Assembly: GCA_047495785.1 (NCBI GenBank)
Contig: JBLDXI010000040.1
Location: 62,001-126,000, forward strand
Direction of reading: 5' to 3'
DNA length: 64,000 bases
Origin: Lepidodermella squamata
Lineage: Eukaryota > Animalia > Gastrotricha
This document shows, piece by piece, positions 47,612 through 60,329 of this stretch (positions are counted from its first letter, which is position 1; each line of letters begins with the position of its first letter). Both the position numbers and the translations under genes were made by a program. The notes below the pieces were generated by a model. That model had not been told where the DNA came from. It did not search any database and saw nothing but the letters and a program-made list of their open reading frames with translations.

Positions 47612-50285
47612 ATGGCATCGCCCTACTCGTTCCAATCAATAGCCGACTTCACGGACGTTAAGCCTTTGTTACGTAGCGAGAAACTCCTCAGAAACGCATA
47701 TTCATGCAGACGCAGTGAGCGCTATCCTTATGACTTCGTCATTAAAAAAGCTAATCTGACCAAGCTGCAGAAGGAATTCGACCAAGACTTTGAAACAATT
47801 AGCCGACTTCTTCGCGAAAAAGTAAGGAATCGATCCATTTTCGTAATAGCCATTGAGAACATTTGAAATGAAAATCAGAAATCCTGTTTTGCTGATTATT
47901 GGATGTCATAACGTCTTTTTATCTTGTTTTCAGAATTTGAAAATGCTAACAATTAGCCACCCAAACATTGTCCGAATATTTGGAACGTTCGAAGGTTCGT
48001 ATGTAATGCTCTCACGTAAAATTAATCCTTAAAATTTAATTCAGAAAAATATCCGGGTAGTGACGTTGCTTGTTTTAACCACCTGGTGATGGAGTTTTGC
48101 AGAGGCGGAAGTTTCGAAACTCTGATCAAAGCTGAGGGTGAACCGATTCGCGAATTTATGCTTCGAATTTGGTCTCGCCAGCTCGTCTCGGCTTTGGATT
48201 ATCTACACAAGCAAGACATTGTCCATGGCAACATTAAGCCAAGCAATATCCTACTATCGAAGAATCAAGGCAGGGTGAAACTGGCGGAGATAGGGATAGT
48301 AGAAACCCTTGACACGTAAAGCCATCATATTTAAGACTTTGCATGTATTTTAGCCGTAATTTTCAGAAAATCAAAAGCGATATCTCTGTTGCAAGGAATG
48401 CTCGGCTATTTGCCTCCTGAAGTATGGAACGGAAATGGCAGTAGACCTTTGTCTCGTGCCAGTGATGTCTGGTCGCTGGGTGTTACGCTATACGAACTCG
48501 CGAACTACAAAAGACCGGTTTGACAATGATTTAACGTTGAAATTTGAGCCTAATTTATTTTACATAGTTCGAACCAATGCACACTATCCAGACGTAAGTC
48601 AGATTAACTACTTCACATATTTCCATACGTGCAGTGTGCGGAGGAGGGGTAGGGGAACGGGGGTTACAGTATCCCCATAGTGGGGGCCCATCTCTAGAGG
48701 TCCGGAGGCCCATCTAAAACCAAAAACCACGAGCTTTGTCAGATGAAGTCGAGGCTGAAAATATCCATGCGTAACCCCCACCTCCGCTGCTCACAGGTCG
48801 CAGGATTCAATCCGAAACTACTCAATCTCGATTATTATGCTTTGTTTAGAGAAGAAGCTCAAGAGTTCGAAGAGTCGCGTGGTTATTCAAAATATATCCG
48901 GGACTTTGTAATGACCATGCTCACGAGAAACGCAGAGGTTCGACCGAGCACTGATCAGCTCGTAAAAAATAGCACTCTACTGAACGCATCAGAAAATATG
49001 GAGGTGAGATTTTTAGCCAGAGATCAGCGTGAGTTTGGTTTCCTCCTCTGTTTTTCAGGCGGACTTGCCGCGGACAACCGCAACGCCACAGCCAGATTCA
49101 AAGGCTGTTGAGGTATTGAATTTTAGGGAAGGTCGATGAGTTTATTGTGATTATATTTGTCAGGAGTTATTTGGCTGCGTTGATAACAACGATAAGTTGA
49201 TATTAAGAAAGCTATTGGAGGATGAAAAGCTCGGTCTCAGCTCTAACTGCAAAGACACAGATGGGTGTCCTTTGCTGAGTATTGCTGCTATGAAGGGCTA
49301 CAATGACATTGTGGAGATCCTTCTCGAGCAATTCAACGCCAATGTAGAGGCTACAGATACAGATGACGATACACCTTTGCACAAGGCCGCTGTTTATGGC
49401 TACGTCGATGTTGTGAAAACACTGGCTGGCGAGTTCAACGCTAATGTCGAGGCTACAGATACAGAGGGCGATACACCTTTGCACGACGCAGCCCGGAGAG
49501 GCAAAGTCGAAGCGGTGAAGACACTGGCTGGCGAGTTCAACGCCAATGTCGAGGCTACCAATAAAGATGGCGAGACACCATTGCACATTGCTGCTTCGAA
49601 TGGCCACTTCGAGATCGTGAAGACACTGGCTGGCGAGTTCAACGCTAATGTCGAGGCTCCAGATACAGAGGGGGATACACCTTTGCACATCGCAGCCTGG
49701 AATGGCCGAGTCGAAGCGGTGAAGTCACTGGCTGGCGAGTTCAACGCCAATGTCGAGGCTACCAATAAATGTGGCTGGACACCTTTGCACAGGGCCGCTT
49801 TTTGGGGCTGCGTCGAGGTGGTGAAGACACTGGCCGGCCAGTTCAACGCCAATTTCGAGGCTACAGATGAATATGGCGATACACCTTTGCACATTGCTGC
49901 TTCGAATGGCCACTTCGAGATCGTGAAGACAATGGCTGGCGAGTTCAACGCTAATGTCGAGGCTACAGATACAGAGGGCGATACACCTTTGCACGACGCA
50001 GCCCGGAGAGGCAAAGTCGAAGCGGTGAAGACACTGGCTGGCGAGTTCAACGCCAATGTCGAGGCTACCAATAAAAGAGGCTGGACACCATTAATGTGCG
50101 CAGTAAAACGCGGCAATCACGCAGTAGTCGATACACTGATCAATGAATTTCGAGCAAATGTCAACACGACCTGCAATGAAGGAAGAACTGCTCTGTATTA
50201 CGCTAATAACTCCCACTTCTTGGTTTTTACAGCCGAGAACAAGCGTAAAACAATTGAAATTCTGATGAAAGCGAATGCTAGATAA
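47612..50285 (+). CDS. Pseudokinase-ankyrin repeat protein copy 1, 682 aa
   Basis: Exons 47612-47821, 47934-47994, 48045-48315, 48367-48517, 48568-48593, 48850-49003, 49059-49112, 49164-50285 total 2049 nt. Motifs HPNIV, LVMEFC, HGNIKPSN, KLAEIG, YLPPE, SDVWSLG. About 10 ANK repeats in the last exon. Confidence 0.9.
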
Positions 50286-50289
50286 CTGT

Positions 50290-51130
50290 GCATAAGGAAA
50301 TGTCAAGAGCAAGAAAAAATAGCCTGGCTGAGCATTTGAGACACGCAACGCTGGGTTTTTGAACAAATGGTATTGATACTAGGGCCGAGTTAGCCCTTCG
50401 ATGATCTGCTTTCTCACATCTCTGATGGAAATATCCATTGTACCCGGCGTTTTTCGCAAAAGACACCATGTGTTGACCACAGCGCTGTTCAGCGGCAGTT
50501 CTACGGCAACTTTGAATTCCCACCGTCGCGCAGTGCTCCGAGTACGGGGGGCAAGGCGGGTAAACAAACCCCCCTGACGTTTGAAAATTTCTGAAAAACG
50601 TAAGGGCCCCCCGTTGATTTGCTAATTTTGGGCTCAAAATGGCTCTATTTACCCCCCTCAGAGCTGGACCTAGTCGGATCACTGCCGTCGCGACTTCCGC
50701 AATGCCGGGTGGTAAGAAGCCATCTGGTCTTGTTTATCGATGCCGCATTTGCAGAGATTGTAGTCAATCAACGCTTTTGGAAGTAATCTGGGATGCCCTG
50801 TACGCTTCGAATGGTCCAAGGATTTTTTATTTTGGTGGAAGTTTGAGAGAAGCATGACTTCCCGTCGATCGAAGAACCGAAAAATCATCAAAGTTCCGAG
50901 ATCATCGGTCGCAGCAGCCAGATTGCCACGTTCGAGGCGTCGCTGCAAGAGTTCCTGAGGGTTGCCGTTTCTGTTCTTACGCAAGGTCCCAATAAAATGT
51001 GTGCTTCGTTTTCATAGCTTTCGAGAAAGCAAATAGGACGTAAAATAGTTGTCAGTGAATAAGATATGACCTCGGTGGAGGTGGTGACGCATAAGGCGCA
51101 TGCAAAGCCTGGCTGCAGGGGCGTATCCAG
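50290..51130 (-). mobile_element. Decayed piggyBac transposase fragment
   Basis: HILFTDNYFTSYLL, FIGTLRKNR, IDYNLCKCGIDKQDQMASY, SAVVNTWCLL. Carries stops and frameshifts and is interrupted by a GC-rich insert at ~50530-50672. Confidence 0.88.
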
Positions 51131-51232
51131 GCGGTTGTTTTGGTTGTAAAACAACTACCAAAATGAATTCTGAAAAACCCCTCTCAACAAGAACTTCCCA
51201 ATTTTCGATCATTTGGCTGATCATTCCTTCTC

Positions 51233-51867
51233 CAGATGCGGTTTTAAGGTTCAAATTAAGCAAAAATAAATGACCGACAATAAGTGAAAAGTGGGGTTTG
51301 GCGAATTTTCTGAATTTTCCAGCAAATCGCAAAGAGTGTTTTCACTCGAATTAGGACCATTCTTGGATTCCAAGGTTTTCTGACTCAGTTTTTCTTGAGG
51401 ATTTGAAATTTTCAAATGTCAGACCTCTACGAGGCTCCCATCCGCCTTAAAATACGGAAAACCTCAGAGCAGCTCTGAAAAGTGTTATTGATTCACGTTG
51501 TCGTAGAGACACTATCTTGATCCAAACACAATTTTTGAATATACAGCGAGATTCCTCACCTCAGATTACCCTTAGACCTTAGAAATGTCAACTGTGCATA
51601 AGAAACTAAAATCAGAATTTATTGCGTGGGGAATTTTGAAATGATGCAATAAAAAACTAAATTTTTAAGCTCGTATTTCACTCGTATACTTTGAAGCCCA
51701 TTTTCTCAGCAACCCTGATGAATATCAACCGCTTTCTTATACCGTTCGACTCCTCGTTAATAGATCTTGAGAGTGGCATCAAAATCTCACTATGTCAAAA
51801 ATTTCGCCAAACCCCACTTTTCACTTATTTTCGGTCAAATGCAAAATCCAAATTTTTCAAGCATCTG
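51233..51867. mobile_element. Old inverted-repeat element (CAGATGC...GCATCTG)
   Basis: tgaccgacaataagtgaaaagtggggtttggcgaa (~51271-51305) is inverted at ~51803-51837. Interior is related to 4965-5200 and 45900-46240. Confidence 0.65.
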
Positions 51868-52196
51868 TATGAAACCATACTTAGCGTTTCATGGTTGGTT
51901 TCACAGCCCAGCTATAACCTGCAATGGCTACTTCTGGGAAACATAAATCGCGGGGCACAGGGTTGTAAATATTTCAGTAAATATTGCGTATGAACGGCGA
52001 TTTTCTCGGTATAAAAGGTTATAAGAGCTTCCTTTCGGAGCAATTTTAGGCTATTTCCAGCTCACATTGCTCTTGTGATTGGCATGAGTGATTCAGCCCT
52101 TGAAAATACCCTCGGGCTACGCTTCGATACGCCCTCGGGCATTTTCAGCGGGCCGAAATCTCGTATCTGCCCTCAACACCGTTAAGGATTCCTTAA

Positions 52197-52291
52197 CTCT
52201 GTACTACGCTAAAAACAGCTTCTGCTATGTTACAGCCGAGAACAAGCAGAAAACAATTGACATCCTGAAAAGAGCGAATAACGCTAGATAA
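52197..52291 (+). pseudogene. Orphan 3' end of another pseudokinase-ankyrin copy
   Basis: LYYAKNSFCYVTAENKQKTIDILKRANNAR* matches the C-terminus of copies 2 and 3; upstream is repeat DNA. Confidence 0.85.
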
Positions 52292-53226
52292 CTATATAGA
52301 CTGCTCTCGTCAAACAATTACCAAAATGCTTTCAATTCGATTCTCTGTTTTGATGAATAAAATGAAACGTGCCTAAAAGGATTCTCGCAAAACCGTCTTT
52401 TGAATCTGTTCAAGCGTCGTTTTAAAGCGGTGCGAAGTTCCTACTAACGGCCCGAAGTGACGGTTCTATTGGCGACGAGCAAGTAACTGTGCAATAGAAG
52501 CCAGCTCTCTCAGTGAAACTCCCTGCGATTCCACTGTTCCAGCTCCTTTCATCAGGATAAGGTCCTCGAACACACTCTCGCTTATTCGCATATTTGTCAA
52601 ATTTGATTTAGGCATTAAAAAGTAAAAAGACCCGAACTTTTTGTTCCTACCGTTAATGAAACTTTATTTTTATCGCGGGCAGAAGGGGATTTATAATGCC
52701 GTTCCTTTCGCCGAGTGACGAAGACCAACGCATTGTACCGTTATCCAATGTTATTTTGATAACATAAGGTTGGACAGCGACAGAATTTAGTGGCAGACAG
52801 GAGAAACGATAAGAATCTTTTCTAGCTTATGCAACATAAATTGCACTCCTGGCTTAGTCATTTTTAGAATAACACATGTTCTGAGCCTAAGATAAGTGCA
52901 TTGCTATCATTTTAGCTTTTTCAACTCCTCAGAATTACCGGAGGAGGAGGCGGGTTTCAGCCTTGGAAATTACAGAAGATAAATGGAATAATTCTAACTT
53001 TCCCCATTGATCTTTTCGTTAGATGAATAATAAACACGTCATAGATGGGTAATCGTCTTATGACGAGCGACAGATTTCCGTATCAGTGACGCATGTTGGA
53101 AAGCAGCCTTCCCCCGCACTACCTTCTCATTACCATAATTTTCAGGGAGAAACATTGGCTACCTACTAACCTTTATACATATAGAACCGTCTTCATTTTT
53201 TTAGAAATTGTTTTAGCTGCTTGGAG

Positions 53227-55485
53227 ATGACATCGCCCTACTCGTTTCAATCAATAGCCGAGTTCACGGAAGTTCAACCTTTGCTAGGTAGTGAGAAACT
53301 CCTCAGAGACGCGTATTTATACAGACGCGATGGGTGTTACCCTTTCGATTTCGTAATTAAAAAAGCTAATCTGAGCAAGCTGCAGGCGAAATTCAAGGAA
53401 GACTTTGAAACAATTACCCGACTTCTTCGCGAAAAAGTAAGGAATCTATCCATTCTTGCAATCAGTGAGAACATTGTAAATGGTATTCAGAAATCCAGTG
53501 TTGCTGATAACTAGATGTTATGAATCATTTTATCTTCTTTCCAGCATTTGAAAATGGTAAAAATTAGCCACCCAAACATTGTCCGAGTATTTGGAACGTT
53601 CGAAGGTTCGTATGTAATGCTGTCACGTAAAATTAATCCTTAACATTTAATTTAGAAAAATATCCGGGTAGTTACGTTGCTTGTTTTAACCACTTGGTAA
53701 TGGAGTTTTGCGAGGGCGGAAGTTTCGAAACTCTGATCAAAGCTAAGGGTGAGCCGATTCGCGAAGTTAGGCTTCATAGTTGGTCTCGCCAGCTTGTCTC
53801 GGCTTTGGATTATCTACACAAGCAAGACATTGTCCATGGCAACATTAGGCCGAGCAACATCCTACTATCGAAGAATCAAGGCACCGTGAAATTGGCAGAG
53901 TTAGGAATAATCGAAACCTTTGACACGTAAAGCAATCATGTTTAAGAATTTACTAATATTTTGGCCATAATTTTTCAGAAAATCAAAAACGATATCTCTA
54001 TTGCAAGGAATGCGCGCATATTTTCCTCCTGAAGTTTGGAACGGTGCGCCTTTGTCACGCGCTAGTGATGTCTGGTCGCTTGGTGTTACTCTGTACGAAC
54101 TCACGAACTACAAAATACCAGTTTGACAATCAGTTAACGTTGAAATTCAAGACTAATTTATTTATTTAGTTCGACCCGATGCACACAATCTTGACGTAAG
54201 TCGGATCAACTATCATATATTTTCTAAGGCAATGTGCGGAGAAGGGCTAGGGGTACGGGGGTACAGCATCCCCACGGCGGGGGCCCTCGAGAGGTACAGG
54301 GTCCAGGCGTGAAAACCTTAAAAACTATGAGGGAGGCCCTTCTGTCAGGTAAATTCGAGGCTGAAATTGTCCAACAGTAACCTTCACTTCGGGGATCCGA
54401 CTTTATCCACTGCTCACAGGATTCAATCTAAAACCACTGAATCTCGCTTTGCTTAGACATGAAGCTCAAGAGTTCGACGAGTCGCGTGGTTATTCAAAGC
54501 ATATTCGGGATTTTGTAATGGCCATGCTCACGAGAAACGCTGAGGTTCGGCCGATCACTGATCAGCTTGTAAACGATACCTTTCTACTGAACGCACCAGA
54601 GGATGTCGAGGTGAGATTTTTAGCCAGATGCTAAAGATCAGCGTGAGTTTGGTTTCTTCCGTTTTTCAGGCGGACTTGTCCTCGACCACAACGCCGCAAC
54701 CAGATGCAAAGGCTGTTGAGGTATTGTGATTTAGGTAACGTCGATGAGTTTATTGTGATTATGTTTATCAGGAGTTATTTAAATGCGTGCGGAACAACGA
54801 CAAGTTGAAATTAGTGGAGCTACTGGAGGATAAGAAGCTGGGTCTTAGCTCCAGCTGCAGAGACACAGATGGGTGTCCTTTGCTATGTACTGCTGTTCGC
54901 TCAGGCTACAATGACATTATGTGGATCCTTCTCGAGCAATTAAGCGCCAAAGTCGAGACTAAAGATAAATATGGCGATACACCTTTGCACGACGCAGCCT
55001 GGAAGGGCGATGTCGAAATGGTGAAGACACTGGCCGGCCAGTTCAACGCTAATGTTGAGGCTACCAATAACTGGGGCCGGACACCTTTGCACAAGGCCGC
55101 TTACTACGGCAACGCCGAGATGGTGAAGACGCTGGCTGGCCAGTTCATCGCCAATGTTGAGGTTAATGATAAAGGTGGCGATACACCTTTGCACGACGCA
55201 GCCTGGAATGGCCACGTCAATGTGGTGAAGACACTGGCTGGCCAGTTTAACGCCAATGTCGAGGCTGCCAATAATAAAGGCCACACACCGTTAATCGTCG
55301 CAGCGAATCGCGGCGAACACGCCGTAGTCGATACGCTGATAAATTTATTTCGAGCAAATGTTAACGCGGCCTGCAATGAAGGAAAAACGGCTCTGTATTA
55401 CGCTAAAAACTGCTTCTGGTATGTTACAGCCGAGAACAAGCAGAAAACAATTGACATCCTGATAAAAGCGAATGACGCTAGATAA
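53227..55485 (+). CDS. Pseudokinase-ankyrin repeat protein copy 2, 542 aa
   Basis: Exons 53227-53436, 53545-53605, 53656-53926, 53979-54120, 54170-54195, 54457-54610, 54670-54720, 54772-55485 total 1629 nt. HGNIRPSN, KLAELG, about 6 ANK repeats. Confidence 0.9.
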
Positions 55486-56059
55486 CTATATAGCTTTCAC
55501 TACGAGTACTATGTAACGGGATCGGGATCATTTTATTGGAATTGCCGGGATTGCTTATTAAATTTTCGAAATGTTTAGAATTGTTTCAGTTCTTTATCGT
55601 TAATTTGCTGCCAGCTCAGCGCAGTTATCGAGTTTGGTTTCGTATGATTTTACCCGAGTGATAAGTATTGGAAGGCAGGCAATTTATTTTTTCAAACAGC
55701 TGACAGTATAATATCGAGTAAGGTCAGGGCCATAGGGATAGAAAATTATGAAATCCTGCAAATATGCCTTGATTGTTTTTGTTTCTAAACTTTCTGGATA
55801 GTCTTCGATTTCGGCTTAGTCGTAAAGCCAACGTTTTTTCAAGGATTTGTCTGTCAACGCCAAAATTTGAACTTGGCGTCTCGTGAAACAGCTGCCACGA
55901 TGAACGTGACAATTCTTCAATTGTTTCAATTCGATTCAGTCTTGATGAATAATTCAGTCATTCAGTCTTCTTATCGTGAATGAAGAGGCAAAACAAAAGA
56001 CTTTTTACTTGCCACCTCTAACTTTGAAACAAACGTAAACAAGCTTAAATCCGAGTTAT

Positions 56060-56490
56060 TCAACGTCGCTAACGATATGTAACGTAGCGGGTGGGAAATG
56101 CGCCATCCTGACCCGGGCAGATTCGGGCCTGGGGTCCTGGCTAATCGGTGGAAAAATGACATGTCCCGAAAGCAGCGGCGTAGCGCTTGATCGATGTGGG
56201 TCTGCCACGTTAGTCGCCGGATCAAAGTGAATGCCCAGGACACGGATGGAGGTGACCGCCGGATCCGGGGACCACGATTCAGTTAACGGATAGGTTGAGT
56301 TGGGTAGGCACAGGGCCGAATGCCATGTCTTCGCATTTGCTTGCATTGAATTTTTGGTGCCAGTCGCGGGCCCCGGCAAAGATTCAGTTTATTTCAGGTT
56401 GGGCTGCTTCTTGGGCGGTTTTGAAATTCATACAGGTGGCACTGACGGTTTGGTCATCGGCGTATGCCTCAGTGATGCTGTTGGGCGATG
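56060..56490 (-). mobile_element. LINE RT fragment
   Basis: Minus strand AYADD (~56453-56467), KFNASKC, IRVLGIHFD, RRLTWQTHI. Confidence 0.8.
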
Positions 56491-56930
56491 GCCGGTCGAA
56501 TTTTGTCGGTCGAAGACGCGCCGAGAAACCAGCCATTGTCGCCTCTAACGTTGCTATGGCTAGTCGCTGAATTTCTGTTGCTGCTCAAAACCGCGATTCC
56601 GGAGGAAAAACCGGATTTGCATCGCGACAGCTGCCGGCAAGAGATTTCGACGACCTCATTTTTCGTCTCATTTTGTCATAATATCTTTGTTTTTGCACGT
56701 GAAATTGCTTTTAGGTAAAATAGAGATTTTCGTTGTTTTTGTCGAGACTTTCCTAAGATTCTCGAGGAATGCTTTTTCTGGGGGTTTCTTGGCCGATTCC
56801 AAGTGAAATGCTGCCAAAATTCTTGGTTGTCATAGAGAAATTCATTGTAGCCATAGAGAAATTCAATTTCCCAATGGCAAAATTTACCATACTCCCTTAT
56901 TCCCATCTATTCGCAGCTCTTATTCTCAAC
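56490..56930. repeat. Dispersed repeat; copies at ~61160-61620 and inverted at ~62750-63180 and ~63715-64000
   Basis: Shared blocks caagagatttcgacgac, ttttgcacgtgaaattgct, ccatagagaaatt. Confidence 0.8.
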
Positions 56931-56937
56931 CGAACAT

Positions 56938-57000
56938 GATAGCGTAGTGGTTAGCAGTGATCTCAGAAGATCCATAGTTCGAGCCCGCCTCCATTGGGCT
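56938..57000 (+). repeat. tRNA-derived SINE-like head (copy at ~61620-61682)
   Basis: A-box TAGCGTAGTGG and B-box AGTTCGAGCCC; no cloverleaf. Confidence 0.5.
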
Positions 57001-57575
57001 AGTTTCTTTATTTTGTACTTTTTTTAAGATTAACGATGACGACGAAATAACGGAATCCCGAACTTGTTTCTATTAATAAGTTGGCCTCATATCCTGCATA
57101 TCCGGACTATAATGCAATAACAGATAACCGTCTTATGACAGATTTTCATACCAGTGGCGTATGAAAGAAGCCGTCGCCCACGCCAGCTTCTTATCATCGC
57201 AACGGCAAGAAACATTGCTGCTGATAATTTTTTATACGGTCTATCACTTAGATAGAACCGGCGCTTTTTCATTTTGAGAATGCATCTTTAGCTGATTGGA
57301 GACTACTTCGCCCTACTCGAAGATAAATGGAATACTTCTAACTTTCCACCTTGTTCTTCTCGTAAGATGAATAATAAACACCTCATAGATGGGTAATAGC
57401 AATCGCCTTATGACGAGCGACAAATTTCCGTATCAGTGACGAATGTTGGAGAGCAGCCTTCCCCCGCACTACCTTCTCATTACCATAATTTTCAGAGAGA
57501 AACATTGGCTGCCTACTAACACTTATACATATAGAACCGTCTTCATTTTTTTAGAAATGTTTTAGCTGCTTGGAG

Positions 57576-59838
57576 ATGACTTCGCCCTACTCGTTTCAAT
57601 CAATTGCCGAGTTCACCGAAGTTAAGCCTTTGCTAGGCAGCGAGAAACTCCTCAGAGACGCTTATTTATTCAGTCGCGATGCTTGTTACCCTTACGACTT
57701 CGTAATTAAAAAAGCTAATCTGAGCAAGCTGCAGGCGAAATTCAAGGAAGACTTTGAAACAATTACCCGACTTCTTCGCGAAAAAGTAAGGAATCTATCC
57801 ATTCTTGCAATCAGTGAGAACATTGGAAATGGTATTCAGAAATCCAATGTTGCTGATAACTACCTGGATGTCATAACGAATTTTATCTTCTTTCCAGGAT
57901 TAGAAAATGGTAAAAATTAACCACCCAAACATTGTTCGAGTATTTGGCACGTTCGAAGGTTTGCATGTAATACTATCAAGTCAAACTTATCTCAACGATT
58001 TTGTTCAAAAAGAGGAATACCTAGGTAGTGACGTTGCGTGTTATAAACATTCCATGCATTATTTGGTGATGGAGTTTTGCGGGGGCGGAAGTTTCGAAAC
58101 TCTGATCAAAGCTAGGGGTGATCCGATTCGCGAAGTTAGGCTTCACAGTTGGTCTTGCCAGCTCGTCTCGGCTTTGGATTATCTACACGAGAAAAACATT
58201 GTCCATGGCAACATTAAGCCAAGCAACATCCTACTATCGAAGAATCAAGGCACCGTGAAATTGGCAGAGTTAGGAATAATCGAAACCTTTGACATGTAAA
58301 GCCATCGTATTTAAGATTTTACTTATATTTTGGCCTTAATTTTTCAGAAAATCAAAAACGATATCTCTGCTGCAAGGAATGCGCGGCTATCTACCTCCTG
58401 AAGTATGGGACGGCGCGCCTTTGTCACAAGCTAGTGATGTTTGGTCGCTTGGTGTTACGCTATTCGAACTCGCAAACTACAAAAGACCAGTTTGATAATG
58501 AGTTAACGTTGAAATTCAAGCCTAATTTTTTTTATTTAGTTCGAACCGATGCACACTATCCAGACGTAAGTCGAATTAACTATTAACACATATTTCTATA
58601 GGCTGTGTGCGAAGTACGAAGTGAGGGGTGCTGTTACGATATACGGCATACAGACAAGAAACCCCCCAAAAAATCACAAGAGGGACCCTTTTGTCAGATG
58701 AATTCGAGGCTGAAAATATCCAAGGAAACCCACCGCTTCGAGGATCCTGCATCATCTACTGCTCGAAGCCGATTCAATCTGAAACTATTCAATTTAGAAT
58801 ACTATGATTTGTTTAGACAAGAAGCTCAAATGTTTGACGAGTCTCATGGATATTCAAATTATATCCGGGATTTTGTAATGGCCATGCTTACGAGAAACGC
58901 CAAGGATCGACCGAGTACTGATCAGCTTCTGAAAAATATATTTCTACTGAAAGCACCAGAGGATGTCGAGGTGAGATTTTTAGCCAGAGATCAGCGTGAG
59001 TGTGTTTCCCTCCTCTTTGTTTCTCAGGCGAACTTGTCCACAACCAAAACTCAACCAGATGCAAAGGCTGTTGAGGTATTGTTTTACGTACCGTCAATGA
59101 GTTGATTGTGATTATATTTATCAGGAGTCATTTGATTGTATGGAGAGCAACGATAAGTTGAAATTAATGAAGCTACTGGAGGATAAGAAGCTGGGTCTTA
59201 GCTCCAGCTGCAGAGACACAGATGGGTGTCCTTTGCTATGTACTGCTGTTCGCTCAGGCTACAATGACATTGTGTGGATCCTTCTCGAGAAATTAAGCGC
59301 CAAAGTCGAGACGAAAGATAAATATGGCGATACACCTTTGCACGACGCAGCCTGGAAGGGCGATGTCGAAATGGTGAAGACACTGGCCGGCCAGTTCAAC
59401 GCTAATGTTGAGGCTACCAATAACTGGGGCCGGACACCTTTGCACAAGGCCGCTTACTACGGCAACGCCGAGATGGTGAAGACGCTGGCTGGCCAGTTCA
59501 TCGCCAATGTTGAGGTTAATGATAAAGGTGGCGATACACCTTTGCACGACGCAGCCTGGAATGGCCACGTCAATGTGGTGAAGACACTGGCTGGCCAGTT
59601 TAACGCCAATGTCGAGGCTGCCAATAATAAAGGCCACACACCGTTAATCGTCGCAGCGAATCGCGGCGAACACGCCGTAGTCGATACTGTGATAAATGAA
59701 TTTCGAGCAAATGTTAACGCGGCCTGCAATGAAAGAAAAACGGCTCTGTATTACGCTAAAAACTGCTTCTGGTATGTTAAAGCCGAGAACAAGCAGAAAA
59801 CAATTGACATCCTGATAAAAGCGAATGACGCTAGATAA
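57576..59838 (+). CDS. Pseudokinase-ankyrin copy 3; TAG at the start of exon 2 (pseudogene, or rescued by a shifted acceptor)
   Basis: Exons 57576-57785, 57898(or 57904)-57958, 58013-58295, 58348-58489, 58540-58565, 58817-58970, 59028-59075, 59125-59838. TTG>TAG at 57901-57903. Confidence 0.75.
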
Positions 59839-60329
59839 CTATATAACTTGCACTAGAGTACTATGTAACGGAATCGGGATTTTTTTATTGGAATTGCCGC
59901 GATTGCTTATTAAATTTTCGGAATGTTTAGAATTGTTTCAGTTCTTTATCGTTGATTTGCTGCCAGCTCAGCGCAGTTATCGAGATTGGTAAGGTCAGGG
60001 CCATAGGGATAGAAAATTATGAAACCCTGCAAATATGCCTTGATTGTTTTTGTTTCCAAACTTTCTGGATAGTCTTTGATTTCGGCTTAGTCGCAAGGCC
60101 AGCGTTTTTTCAAGGATTTTTCTGTCAACGCCAAAATTTGAACTTGGCGTCTCGTGAAACAGCTGCCACGATGAACGTGACAATTCTTCAATTGTTTTAA
60201 TTCGATTCAGTCTTGATGTATAATTCAGTCATTCAGTCTTCTCATCGTGAATGAAGAGGCAAAACAAAAGACTTTTTACTTGCCACCTCTAACTTTGAAA
60301 CGGACGTAAACAAGCTTAAATCCGAGTTA

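Noticed and set aside
49212-50116. Long antisense ORFs over the ankyrin exons (also 54906-55376, 59259-59729)
   Set aside because: Shadows of the repetitive sense-strand ANK coding sequence, with no independent features.
49350-50170. Regular repeat/variable alternation resembling a CRISPR array
   Set aside because: The units are in-frame 102-bp ankyrin codons in a spliced eukaryotic gene, and there are no cas genes.
47612-50285. Assigning the symbols RIPK4, ANKK1 or ILK
   Set aside because: The catalytic motifs and tandem lineage-specific copies do not support orthology, and ILK has the reverse domain order.
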